Source: a virus
Lineage: Duplodnaviria; Caudoviricetes
Strand: one strand, 5' to 3'
IMG/VR virus record: IMGVR_UViG_3300012352_000233
Location: 1 to 27,741 of that record
DNA length: 27,741 nt
Both the position numbers and the translations under genes were made by a program. This document shows, piece by piece, positions 8,731 to 15,960 of this stretch. Every line of letters starts with the position of its first letter. The first letter of the stretch is position 1. The notes under the pieces are model-generated. The model saw only the letters and a list, made by a program, of their open reading frames with translations, had not been told where the DNA came from and ran no database searches.

Positions 8731-8799
8731 AAAGGTCTCGTAAGACCCCTTAAAGAAACTGCCCCACATCTACTGCAGGGCAGAACCTAGTTTCTAGGT
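8731..8799 (-). terminator. Intrinsic terminator and flanking hairpins after the major capsid gene
   Basis: Minus strand: ACCTAG-AAA-CTAGGT; CTGCCC-TGCAGTAGATGTG-GGGCAG followed by TTTCTTT; GGTCT-TACG-AGACC followed by TTTT. Confidence 0.75.
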
Positions 8800-8800
8800 A

Positions 8801-9721
8801 TTAGGCTGGAACAGCCAATGCAACAGCAGAACCGTCACGCAACTCTTTAACACCGAACAATGTGTCAGCGGTAAACAAGTTACCAAGCCACTCTTGTTTG
8901 TATTGAGTTTGTGTACGAACAGCCATTTGCTCGGCTAATACTGCGAAGTCACGATGACCCAAGAGGGCGATACGTGCAGCGCCAGAACCAGAAGTTGTGT
9001 CAGCGTTGCTAGAAACGAATACTGGAACACCGTATACGTTACCGATTTCGCCTGTACGGATTGTGTTATTGCTACCAGCATCACCAACAAAAGCTTGCTC
9101 GGTGAAACGTGCAATACCCATCAATGTGTTACGTGTTGATGGTGGAACGATCAAGAAACGACCGTCCATTGGAACATCGTTGTCATCCAAACGCTGGATA
9201 GAACGACGGATAGCTGCGTCTGTCAAAGCTGCTTCGTTGTTAGAAGCTGCAACATATGCAGTTGTACCGTTTGAACCAAGGTAAGCACCAGTGTAAGCAG
9301 CAGTACCGTCACCGCCTTGAACACCACGAGCCAATTCGATCAACTTGCTGTCAACCTTACGAGCCAATGCATAGCCAGCGTCATCTGTGTAGAACTGACG
9401 CATAGAAGCCAAAGCTTGAGCTTCTACGATGTCTTCGATCAGGATTGAATACTCCCAATGCTGGTCGATGTTAACTACAACTTCAGTAGCTGTGTCAGTG
9501 TTCAATGTTACTTGAGTAGAAGCAGCTTTTGCGTTAGCAGAGCCACGACCCGGTTTTGGAATATGCAGTGAGTCACCTTTTTTGCCTTTGAAAGACATTT
9601 TCTTGATGAGGTTTGCAAGAACCAAGTTCTTTTTGTAGGTCGCAACTACTTCGTCGGACCAAATCTCTGGGATAAACTTATCGCCAGTTGTTACTGTTTG
9701 ATGGTTAGTACCTAAAGCCAT
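8801..9721 (-). CDS. Major capsid protein (HK97 fold, podovirus type)
   Basis: 306 aa; 'FIPEIWSDEV', 'KKGDSLHIP', 'GYALARKVD', 'GEIGNVYGVPVFVS', 'ADTLFGVKELR'; follows the scaffold; AGGAG RBS; terminator downstream. Confidence 0.92.
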   Translation of the reverse strand: MALGTNHQTVTTGDKFIPEIWSDEVVATYKKNLVLANLIKKMSFKGKKGDSLHIPKPGRGSANAKAASTQVTLNTDTATEVVVNIDQHWEYSILIEDIVEAQALASMRQFYTDDAGYALARKVDSKLIELARGVQGGDGTAAYTGAYLGSNGTTAYVAASNNEAALTDAAIRRSIQRLDDNDVPMDGRFLIVPPSTRNTLMGIARFTEQAFVGDAGSNNTIRTGEIGNVYGVPVFVSSNADTTSGSGAARIALLGHRDFAVLAEQMAVRTQTQYKQEWLGNLFTADTLFGVKELRDGSAVALAVPA

Positions 9722-9746
9722 TTTTAAAATCTCCTAAATGAATAAA

Positions 9747-10553
9747 TTATTTTACTCGACCTTCGTTATACGCTGCCATAATGTCATCTTGCATGGCGTT
9801 GTATCGCTCTGGGTCTTGCATTCTTAAACGAATTAAATCGACACGTCTATAAATAGGTTTGCCTACTTCCCCTGTACCGCCCTTCTGAACAGCAGCGGCT
9901 TTTAATGTCTGTGAACGCTTAACATCTTCACCCTTTTTCAGCGTCTCATCTGCTTGTTGAGCTTTTACACCACGAAGCTGTGTATAAGTCTCGAGCAGTT
10001 CTTCTGCTGAATCGTAGTCATAGTTGTTAGCCTTAGCAAACAGTTCAAGCCTTACTTTAGAAGTTTTGATCCAATTAGCGAAATCATCAGAGGCAACAAT
10101 CTCTTGGAAATTAGGGAACTTAGTCTGAAGCTGTGCTGCAGCTTGCTGACGAGTTTGCATTTCTGCTTGCTCTCTAAGTTGCTTAACTACCGGATTGTTT
10201 TCTACTGCATGATTTACTGCCTTATCGGGGTCAGCAAAGTAATCTATCTCGTTATCTTCGGCACGTGGCTGCGTGTCTTGCTTATTGGTATTGAGTTGTT
10301 GCTTGATCAACTCGTCCGCTAACTTTCTAACTTCTCCCACTTCCTGAGCTTGACGACCAATGAGCTTTTCAGCCTCTTGATGCATCTTAACGATCTCGTC
10401 TAAGGATTTACCCTTATATTTCTCCGGAATCGCCGCTTCGTCTGCTACATTCTGAGCCGAGTTGTCTACTTCTGTAGGTTCGTTCGTTGTATTCTGTGGT
10501 AAATTATCAATGTTACCGTTGTCGTCTTGCACTTCAATGATTTCAGCCATCAT
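9747..10553 (-). CDS. Capsid scaffolding protein
   Basis: Acidic, helical; 'IPEKYKGKSLDEIVKMHQEAEKLIGRQ' motif and C-terminal 'DPERYNAMQDDIMAAYNEGRVK'; lies between portal and capsid. Confidence 0.8.
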   Translation of the reverse strand: MMAEIIEVQDDNGNIDNLPQNTTNEPTEVDNSAQNVADEAAIPEKYKGKSLDEIVKMHQEAEKLIGRQAQEVGEVRKLADELIKQQLNTNKQDTQPRAEDNEIDYFADPDKAVNHAVENNPVVKQLREQAEMQTRQQAAAQLQTKFPNFQEIVASDDFANWIKTSKVRLELFAKANNYDYDSAEELLETYTQLRGVKAQQADETLKKGEDVKRSQTLKAAAVQKGGTGEVGKPIYRRVDLIRLRMQDPERYNAMQDDIMAAYNEGRVK

Positions 10554-10612
10554 GTCTCCTGTCGTAAAGATTGTAGGATGTTTTAAAAATGGTTCGGTAG
10601 TAACGTCACTAC

Positions 10613-10858
10613 TTATGAACCGTTATCAGCGTTTCTTTTCTTCTCCAATGCCAGCTTCTCAGCTCTCACCCTTGTCCAACGGTCATAAGCACCGGGATGT
10701 TGCCCACTAAACGGCTCTAAATAGATGCCAGTGGGGGAGATGATACGGGTCGCATTCCCGTCACACTCACGACACGGAGAAGTTTTGACCGTCTCGTCGA
10801 CGAACTGCTCCGTGATATGGTTCTGTTCACACTTAAACTCAAACAAGCGACGAGGCAT
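10613..10858 (-). CDS. Zinc-ribbon protein (FmdB-like)
   Basis: MPRRLFEFKCEQNH...PCRECDGNATRIIS: Cx3H...CxxC; start probably 10858 or 10864 rather than 10900. Confidence 0.65.
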   Translation of the reverse strand: MPRRLFEFKCEQNHITEQFVDETVKTSPCRECDGNATRIISPTGIYLEPFSGQHPGAYDRWTRVRAEKLALEKKRNADNGS

Positions 10859-11099
10859 CTTCATCTTCCTCCGCTTGGAGTTGGTCGTATACTTCAGCAC
10901 TTGCGTCTCGAAGGTTCTTTAGCCAATTTAGAATTGACATCTCACCTTTTTTGAAGTACAATTGCTGTTCTGAGTCGATTCCAGCCAACGTATCTGTGGC
11001 TTTAATCATAATGTCCAAATCTTCAAGGAGGTCCTGCCATCCCTGAGTAGCCATCATTTCAAATCGTCGCTCGTAATAATCCTGTAATTCTTTTTGCAT
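10839..11099 (-). CDS. Hypothetical head-module protein (86 aa)
   Basis: 'MMATQGWQDLLEDL...LYFKKGEMSILNWL' helical pattern, directly after the portal gene. Confidence 0.7.
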   Translation of the reverse strand: MQKELQDYYERRFEMMATQGWQDLLEDLDIMIKATDTLAGIDSEQQLYFKKGEMSILNWLKNLRDASAEVYDQLQAEEDEDASSLV

Positions 11100-11108
11100 T
11101 CTTTGCCC

Positions 11109-11137
11109 TTGACGTAAGGAAGAAATTGTGTTATAAG
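11109..11137 (+). promoter_or_regulatory. Candidate antisense sigma70 promoter facing the portal gene
   Basis: TTGACG-17 nt-TATAAG with extended -10 TG; lacks the conserved last T of the -10 element. Confidence 0.45.
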
Positions 11138-11152
11138 TACCGCTATAGATAC

Positions 11153-11181
11153 ATTATAACACGTTTTCGTCACTTTGTCAA
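11153..11181 (-). promoter_or_regulatory. Consensus sigma70 promoter for the scaffold/capsid genes
   Basis: Minus strand TTGACA-17 nt-TATAAT, extended -10 TG, upstream A-tracts (UP-like). Confidence 0.9.
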
Positions 11182-11198
11182 GAGCTTTTTTTGCTTTT

Positions 11199-13193
11199 TT
11201 ACTGTTTCTGTTGTTTGCCAGCCATCTGCATTGCAGTAATACGCTCACCAGACTTGATTGATTCCTCTTTTAGTGCTAGTTCAGCTACTTTGACTCGTTT
11301 ATCGAAGTCATTAGTGTCACTAGAACCACGAGAGATGTTACCAATCATCTTAGCTTCAGCTTCTTGAGGCATAATCTGAGCTTCAACAGTCTTCTTCTGA
11401 GCATCAGCACGATTCTTCTCTGCAGAAGAGTTGTAGTACTCAATTTGTGAGCCTTTAAGCTGCATATCCATCTCAGCAGCTTGCTGTGCTGCTTGAGCTT
11501 GTGCTGGATCAGGCTGTGACATCTGCTGTAACTGAGCAACGATAGCGTCACGGTTAGATAAGCTGCTAGATTGAATGATTCCTTGGAGCAATACAGGGGT
11601 AATAGGGCTTTGAGGTCCTAAAGTCTGCATTAAACCAATCATTTGCTGCTGTTCATACTCACGTGCAACCATTCCAAGGGTAGAAATAGGCATGAATTTG
11701 AAGTCTTGAACAGGATAACGCTCAGGATCAAACTGCATAAAGCGATAAGCAGACTTGGTAATGAATGGAATCAGGAAGTCTTCTTGGAAGTTAATCAAAG
11801 CACGTTTGTTTTTCTTCATCAAACCTGACAAAGCCATAGACAAACCAGCACCAGAAGCTTCTCCGCCTGCCACTTGTGACGGCATTTGGGAGCTATCCAA
11901 TGTACCAGTTGCTTGTAATAGCATCTGTTGGAATGTCTGGGCGGTCTGCATATTACCGGTGTCGGTAGAACCGAACTTAAACGGCATCATAATCTCTGCT
12001 GGATTACCGTTCACCAAGAAATTCTTACCGGGACGTACTTCATACTTAGCGCCACGAGGTAGACGGGTTGCGTCCATAGCCATCATTGGGGCTGTAGTTA
12101 GTGCTAAAGAGTCTAAATGGCTACGCATCTGGGCATCTAGTGCCTTTTGCATGTTGTAGCCCTTCTCAGTTGTACCACGACCCCAGAAACGACCCGGCAT
12201 AGAGTCAGCTTGGTAAGCGACAATAGGACGGTCCTTCATCATGTAAGGGCTTTCCTCAGCCTTGAGGAGGTATTGGTTGTCAGCAATAACGATAACTGCC
12301 TCAACCATATCACTGTATTCTGCTGGAGCTGAGTCTTCAGGGAACAATACAGCAGGTTTTTCACCTTTAGCCAAGCCTTCAAGCATAGAACGTGGAACTT
12401 TACCGTACCAACGCAATACAGGAAGCTTATCAATACGTGAAGGAGACTCTTCCTGTGTACGCTCTAAGTCTGTAGAACGATAGCTAGGGGAGATGGCTAC
12501 TTTACGATAAATCTTATCTTCGATGCCTTCTACGATAGTGTAGTAAGACATATATTCTTCAATCGCTACTCCAAGAGAATCTTCAACAGTAGTAGCGTTA
12601 GGGTCAATCAAGAAGTTACGTGGGTTGATAGCATTCAAACCAACCATGAACTGCTTCTTCTCCATCACACCAATAGCAGCTACAGTAGCGCCGGGGATAG
12701 GTTGTGTTGCAGGAGACAATACAGTCTCTTCGTTAACAACGATCTCACCGATACCTGTACCATAGAGTTCAGCTAACAGAATAACGTCATCAACTGCTTT
12801 CTTGATGCGACTACGTTTAAAGTCTTCATGCATCTGTGTACGCACTAAGGCGACATCATTAGGGTCTTGATCTTGTACGTCGTCAGCGATGTCAAACCAC
12901 TCACCACGTCCAAATACTGCTTCTGAAATCTCAGCTTGTTTAGCTTCGATAGCTTGTTGCATAGCTGGAGTAACTAGACGTGAACGCTCTGACTCACGCA
13001 TCTTGTCTTCAGCAGCCCAGATACCACGGAACATACGCTCATACTCATCCCAGTAAGGGAGGTAGTTAGTGTCTCGGTGGTTTCTCCATTCGTCGCAGTG
13101 GGCGAGAACGAACTCGACTAAGTCTTTGTCATTAGCGGTTTCTTCCGCTTCTTCAAACTGGGATAGCTTTTGATCGATCGCTTTATCAGGCAT
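11199..13193 (-). CDS. Portal protein
   Basis: 664 aa; between terminase and scaffold; 'NFLIDPNA', 'PGRFWGRG', 'LDSLAL' motifs and a Gln/Ala-rich C-terminal helical barrel as in P22-type portals. Confidence 0.9.
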   Translation of the reverse strand: MPDKAIDQKLSQFEEAEETANDKDLVEFVLAHCDEWRNHRDTNYLPYWDEYERMFRGIWAAEDKMRESERSRLVTPAMQQAIEAKQAEISEAVFGRGEWFDIADDVQDQDPNDVALVRTQMHEDFKRSRIKKAVDDVILLAELYGTGIGEIVVNEETVLSPATQPIPGATVAAIGVMEKKQFMVGLNAINPRNFLIDPNATTVEDSLGVAIEEYMSYYTIVEGIEDKIYRKVAISPSYRSTDLERTQEESPSRIDKLPVLRWYGKVPRSMLEGLAKGEKPAVLFPEDSAPAEYSDMVEAVIVIADNQYLLKAEESPYMMKDRPIVAYQADSMPGRFWGRGTTEKGYNMQKALDAQMRSHLDSLALTTAPMMAMDATRLPRGAKYEVRPGKNFLVNGNPAEIMMPFKFGSTDTGNMQTAQTFQQMLLQATGTLDSSQMPSQVAGGEASGAGLSMALSGLMKKNKRALINFQEDFLIPFITKSAYRFMQFDPERYPVQDFKFMPISTLGMVAREYEQQQMIGLMQTLGPQSPITPVLLQGIIQSSSLSNRDAIVAQLQQMSQPDPAQAQAAQQAAEMDMQLKGSQIEYYNSSAEKNRADAQKKTVEAQIMPQEAEAKMIGNISRGSSDTNDFDKRVKVAELALKEESIKSGERITAMQMAGKQQKQ

Positions 13194-13195
13194 TC

Positions 13196-13444
13196 TTAGT
13201 CTTCCTTAGTTGTATCGTCGATAGATGTAGCAAACGGATCTGCAAATTCAATCTCTACTTTTTCTACAGCAGGCATAAAGATTTTGCTATCCTTCATACC
13301 TTGTTCTTTTGCAGCGGTAATAATCTTCATCAAGCAATCACCACTAAGATAGTTCATCTCTTCTTTGATTACTTCCCAAACTGCTTTATTCTTACTCAGT
13401 TCTTCAAAGTTCAGAGGAACAAATTCATTTTCTTTATCGTACAT
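13196..13444 (-). CDS. Hypothetical protein (82 aa)
   Basis: Fills the terL-portal gap; AAGGA RBS. Confidence 0.65.
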   Translation of the reverse strand: MYDKENEFVPLNFEELSKNKAVWEVIKEEMNYLSGDCLMKIITAAKEQGMKDSKIFMPAVEKVEIEFADPFATSIDDTTKED

Positions 13445-13451
13445 ATTTTCC

Positions 13452-14705
13452 TTAGTAGGCTGAGATGGTATCTAAAGGTTCGTACTCATCGGAGTTATCG
13501 TCACTGAAGTACGAGGTTACAGCTAATTGATCTACGTAGCTAAGAGCGTCAATCAAGTCATCATGCACTTGAGGAGTAGGGAACATCATGAACTCATCTT
13601 TAAAGTCATCCCAGTCTTCGTCTTCATTGAGGATAACCTTACCGTGCTCAAAGCGTCCCTGCAAAGCCCAGATAACACGTTCAGTTTTCTTCTTGTTACC
13701 GTGAGTTAAGTCTTGGATATGACAGTACACATTATTAGACCTCATCAGATCGCTTAAATAGGGCAACACGGCGTTTTTAAGGCTACCACGTTCTATCCCT
13801 ACTGCCAGAGGTTTAAACTCCGCTATGTTCTTTAAAATGCGTCTAGCGGTGTCTTGTACATCCCAACGACCTGTTTCTATCTTGTGAACGAACCAATCAC
13901 CGCTTTCATCCACCTTAACAACCGCAATGGCAGTTTTATCAAGGCGCTTCTTACGCTCGGCTGAGTTGTTAATATTTTCAAAGCCAGCCAAGTCAATAGC
14001 AATATAATACGAACCGTAAGTTGGTTCTTTTCCATACTTTAGCCAAGACTCCTTAAACACGTCTGTACCAGCGTTATCGAAGCTGGCTTCATATTCTTGC
14101 TTAAAGGCAAAGCTACTGAGTGTCTTTCTAGCGCCTTCAATCTCTTCAGGATCAATCAAGGGATTGTCCTTAGTTGTGAAGTGCCAAGACTTCCACTCTT
14201 TATCCTCGTCTTCTAGACCGAGGTTGTACATATCATAAAACCAGTTACGTCCCTTCGGTGTACCGATAAACAAGGCAGAACCTTTTTTATCAGACAGAGA
14301 AGCTCGAATAACCTTTTCCCATGTATCGGGCTTAATGTCAGCGACCTCGTCCAACACTGCAAACGTCAAACTCACACCACGAAGGGTATCAGGACGGTCA
14401 GAGCCTCGAACGTAAATCTTTGCACCATTGACTAAAGTAATGTCAAGGTTGTTAATGTGTGCGGACTGGATAACATCTCTTCCTAAGTCGAGTAACAAGT
14501 CCCAGATAATCTGACGAGCTTGTCCTTGAGTAGGAGCGACATACATCACCGCAGAGCCTTTAGGACATTTCAGTCCTTCAACTAATAATGCTACGGCAGA
14601 GAGTCTTGACTTACCACAACGACGACCTGCGACAATCACTTTAAATCTAGTAGAGTCCTTATAGACTTCTTGCTGCCAAGGCAGTAGTTCAAAGTTAAGG
14701 TTCAT
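13452..14705 (-). CDS. terL: Terminase large subunit
   Basis: Walker A 'AGRRCGKS', 'YVAPT..QA', Walker B 'AVLDE', 'IGTPKG', nuclease 'IAIDLA' and 'HDDLIDAL'. Confidence 0.96.
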   Translation of the reverse strand: MNLNFELLPWQQEVYKDSTRFKVIVAGRRCGKSRLSAVALLVEGLKCPKGSAVMYVAPTQGQARQIIWDLLLDLGRDVIQSAHINNLDITLVNGAKIYVRGSDRPDTLRGVSLTFAVLDEVADIKPDTWEKVIRASLSDKKGSALFIGTPKGRNWFYDMYNLGLEDEDKEWKSWHFTTKDNPLIDPEEIEGARKTLSSFAFKQEYEASFDNAGTDVFKESWLKYGKEPTYGSYYIAIDLAGFENINNSAERKKRLDKTAIAVVKVDESGDWFVHKIETGRWDVQDTARRILKNIAEFKPLAVGIERGSLKNAVLPYLSDLMRSNNVYCHIQDLTHGNKKKTERVIWALQGRFEHGKVILNEDEDWDDFKDEFMMFPTPQVHDDLIDALSYVDQLAVTSYFSDDNSDEYEPLDTISAY

Positions 14706-15087
14706 AGTCCTCGTCCATGTCTACCACATCAGCCTGCTCTGAGGACTGTTCAATCTTAGCTTCACCAATACCTGTGATATTGATTTGAATTGCGTTACGT
14801 TGTCCTTTAGCGTCTTTCTCAAACATAGACAACGGTAAGATACGGTCCATAGCCATCTTTAATGCAGCCATTTGACCGGGGTGGTCATCATCCTGTCCTA
14901 TCTGTATGATCTTCTCGATGACAGCGGAACCAGACGTACCAAGTAGTCTTTGCTTAAATTCAGCTAAACGTCCAGTATCATTCTTTGGACGACCAATAGG
15001 AGCTTTAGCTTTTTTAAGGTCTTCCTTGCGTGGACGACCCATCTTAGCTTTCTTCTTCTCTACGACAACAAGTTCTTTATCCGACAT
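14695..15087 (-). CDS. terS: Terminase small subunit (putative)
   Basis: 130 aa overlapping the terL start; two GRP (AT-hook-like) motifs, 'AALKMAMDRILP', 'IQINITG'. Confidence 0.7.
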   Translation of the reverse strand: MSDKELVVVEKKKAKMGRPRKEDLKKAKAPIGRPKNDTGRLAEFKQRLLGTSGSAVIEKIIQIGQDDDHPGQMAALKMAMDRILPLSMFEKDAKGQRNAIQINITGIGEAKIEQSSEQADVVDMDEDYEP

Positions 15088-15215
15088 AAGTCCTTTAAGG
15101 TTGTTGTGCTTTTTTGCACAGCCCTACTATACTTTAAAGTGAATTTAATTACGTATTTAATTATCGGTAATAACTAACGTCCTTAGCGCACTTACAAAAT
15201 TCCTTTTAAGTATTT

Positions 15216-15244
15216 ATTATACACTACTTTGAAAGATTTGTCAA
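15216..15244 (-). promoter_or_regulatory. Consensus sigma70 promoter for the terminase/late arm
   Basis: Minus strand TTGACA-17 nt-TATAAT. Confidence 0.88.
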
Positions 15245-15395
15245 GCTTTATTTTTACTAGGTACTGTCGACACACTTCCTTAGCCCCCGAAGGGGGAGCG
15301 CAGAAGCACTGTCTTAGCCCTCCGGGTGAGCATCTTCTACGTTATAGCTTTTACATTACTTATTACATTTAGTTATATAAGGTATTGTCTTAGGC

Positions 15396-15408
15396 TAACC
15401 TATTGATT
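15396..15408 (-). promoter_or_regulatory. IHF-binding consensus match
   Basis: AATCAATAGGTTA matches WATCAANNNNTTR, in AT-rich non-coding DNA upstream of terS. Confidence 0.5.
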
Positions 15409-15547
15409 TATAAGGCTTTCTTCTTTGTCACGTTAGAGCCTACTTTCTTGGCTTTTTAATGGCTTTAAAGTGCTGTGCTCATCTTCTTTTTTAGGTGCTT
15501 GGGAGGTATCCGTAACAGAAACTACACAGCACTACCCCCTCCCCCGT

Positions 15548-15745
15548 CTAAGCCCTTGTGAGTCCTGCTCCAGTGACTGGCTTAGTCCTTGTGAGCCACT
15601 TGTAAGCCATGGTTTGGGGTGCGTATGAGGCTTTGAAGCACCCTATTAAGCAAACCTACTAAGTAACCTACTAAGCAAGATAAGACCATAAGAATAGTAT
15701 AGGGGCTCAAAAAATACTAACAGGGCTCAAGCTTGTAAGACCTGC
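15548..15745. repeat. Cluster of short direct repeats in the divergent non-coding region
   Basis: CTTGTRAG at 15555, 15588, 15599, 15732; AACCTACTAAG at 15653 and 15665; GGGCTCAA at 15703 and 15723. Confidence 0.7.
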
Positions 15746-15751
15746 TAAGTA

Positions 15752-15767
15752 CTGTACGGATATACAT
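15752..15767. promoter_or_regulatory. LexA (SOS) box-like site, one core mismatch
   Basis: taCTGTacggatatACATta versus CTGT-N8-ACAG; upstream of the early promoter. Confidence 0.4.
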
Positions 15768-15793
15768 TAGGGAAAGTACCTAGAAAATAATTA

Positions 15794-15822
15794 TTGACAT
15801 CCACAAAACTTGTGTTTATTCT
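15794..15822 (+). promoter_or_regulatory. sigma70-type early promoter
   Basis: TTGACA-17 nt-TATTCT with AT-rich upstream element; precedes the first plus-arm gene. Confidence 0.8.
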
Positions 15823-15857
15823 GATTACATCTTAACAGTTTATTGAAAGGTTTTACA

Positions 15858-15947
15858 ATGTCAAACAATCTTAAAAGCTTTATACTTACAGGGTTTACAG
15901 TGTATTCCGTTATTGTTGCAGTAGTTTATATTGTCATCTACTTATAA
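15858..15947 (+). CDS. Small single-TM peptide (29 aa)
   Basis: Not in the ORF track. MSNNLKSFILTGFTVYSVIVAVVYIVIYL; GAAAGG RBS; first gene after the early promoter. Confidence 0.6.
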   Translation: MSNNLKSFILTGFTVYSVIVAVVYIVIYL

Positions 15948-15960
15948 GGATCTATTAGCC

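Larger units (their letters stand above)
11105..11185. repeat. Imperfect inverted repeat with 32-bp arms (11105-11136 / 11154-11185)
   Basis: GCCCTTGACGTAAGGAAGAAATTGTGTTATAA versus the reverse complement of the right arm GCTCTTGACAAAGTGACGAAAACGTGTTATAA: 24/32 identical by hand alignment. Confidence 0.85.

Noticed and set aside
8745-8803. Capsid read-through or frameshift extension as in T7 10B
   Set aside because: No obvious slippery site at the capsid end, and in-frame read-through meets another TAA after 16 codons.
15088-15857. CRISPR array, tRNA or known ribozyme in the non-coding region
   Set aside because: Repeats are 8-11 nt and irregularly spaced; no cloverleaf with T-loop and no hammerhead core found by eye. 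An Rfam search would be needed to exclude other families.
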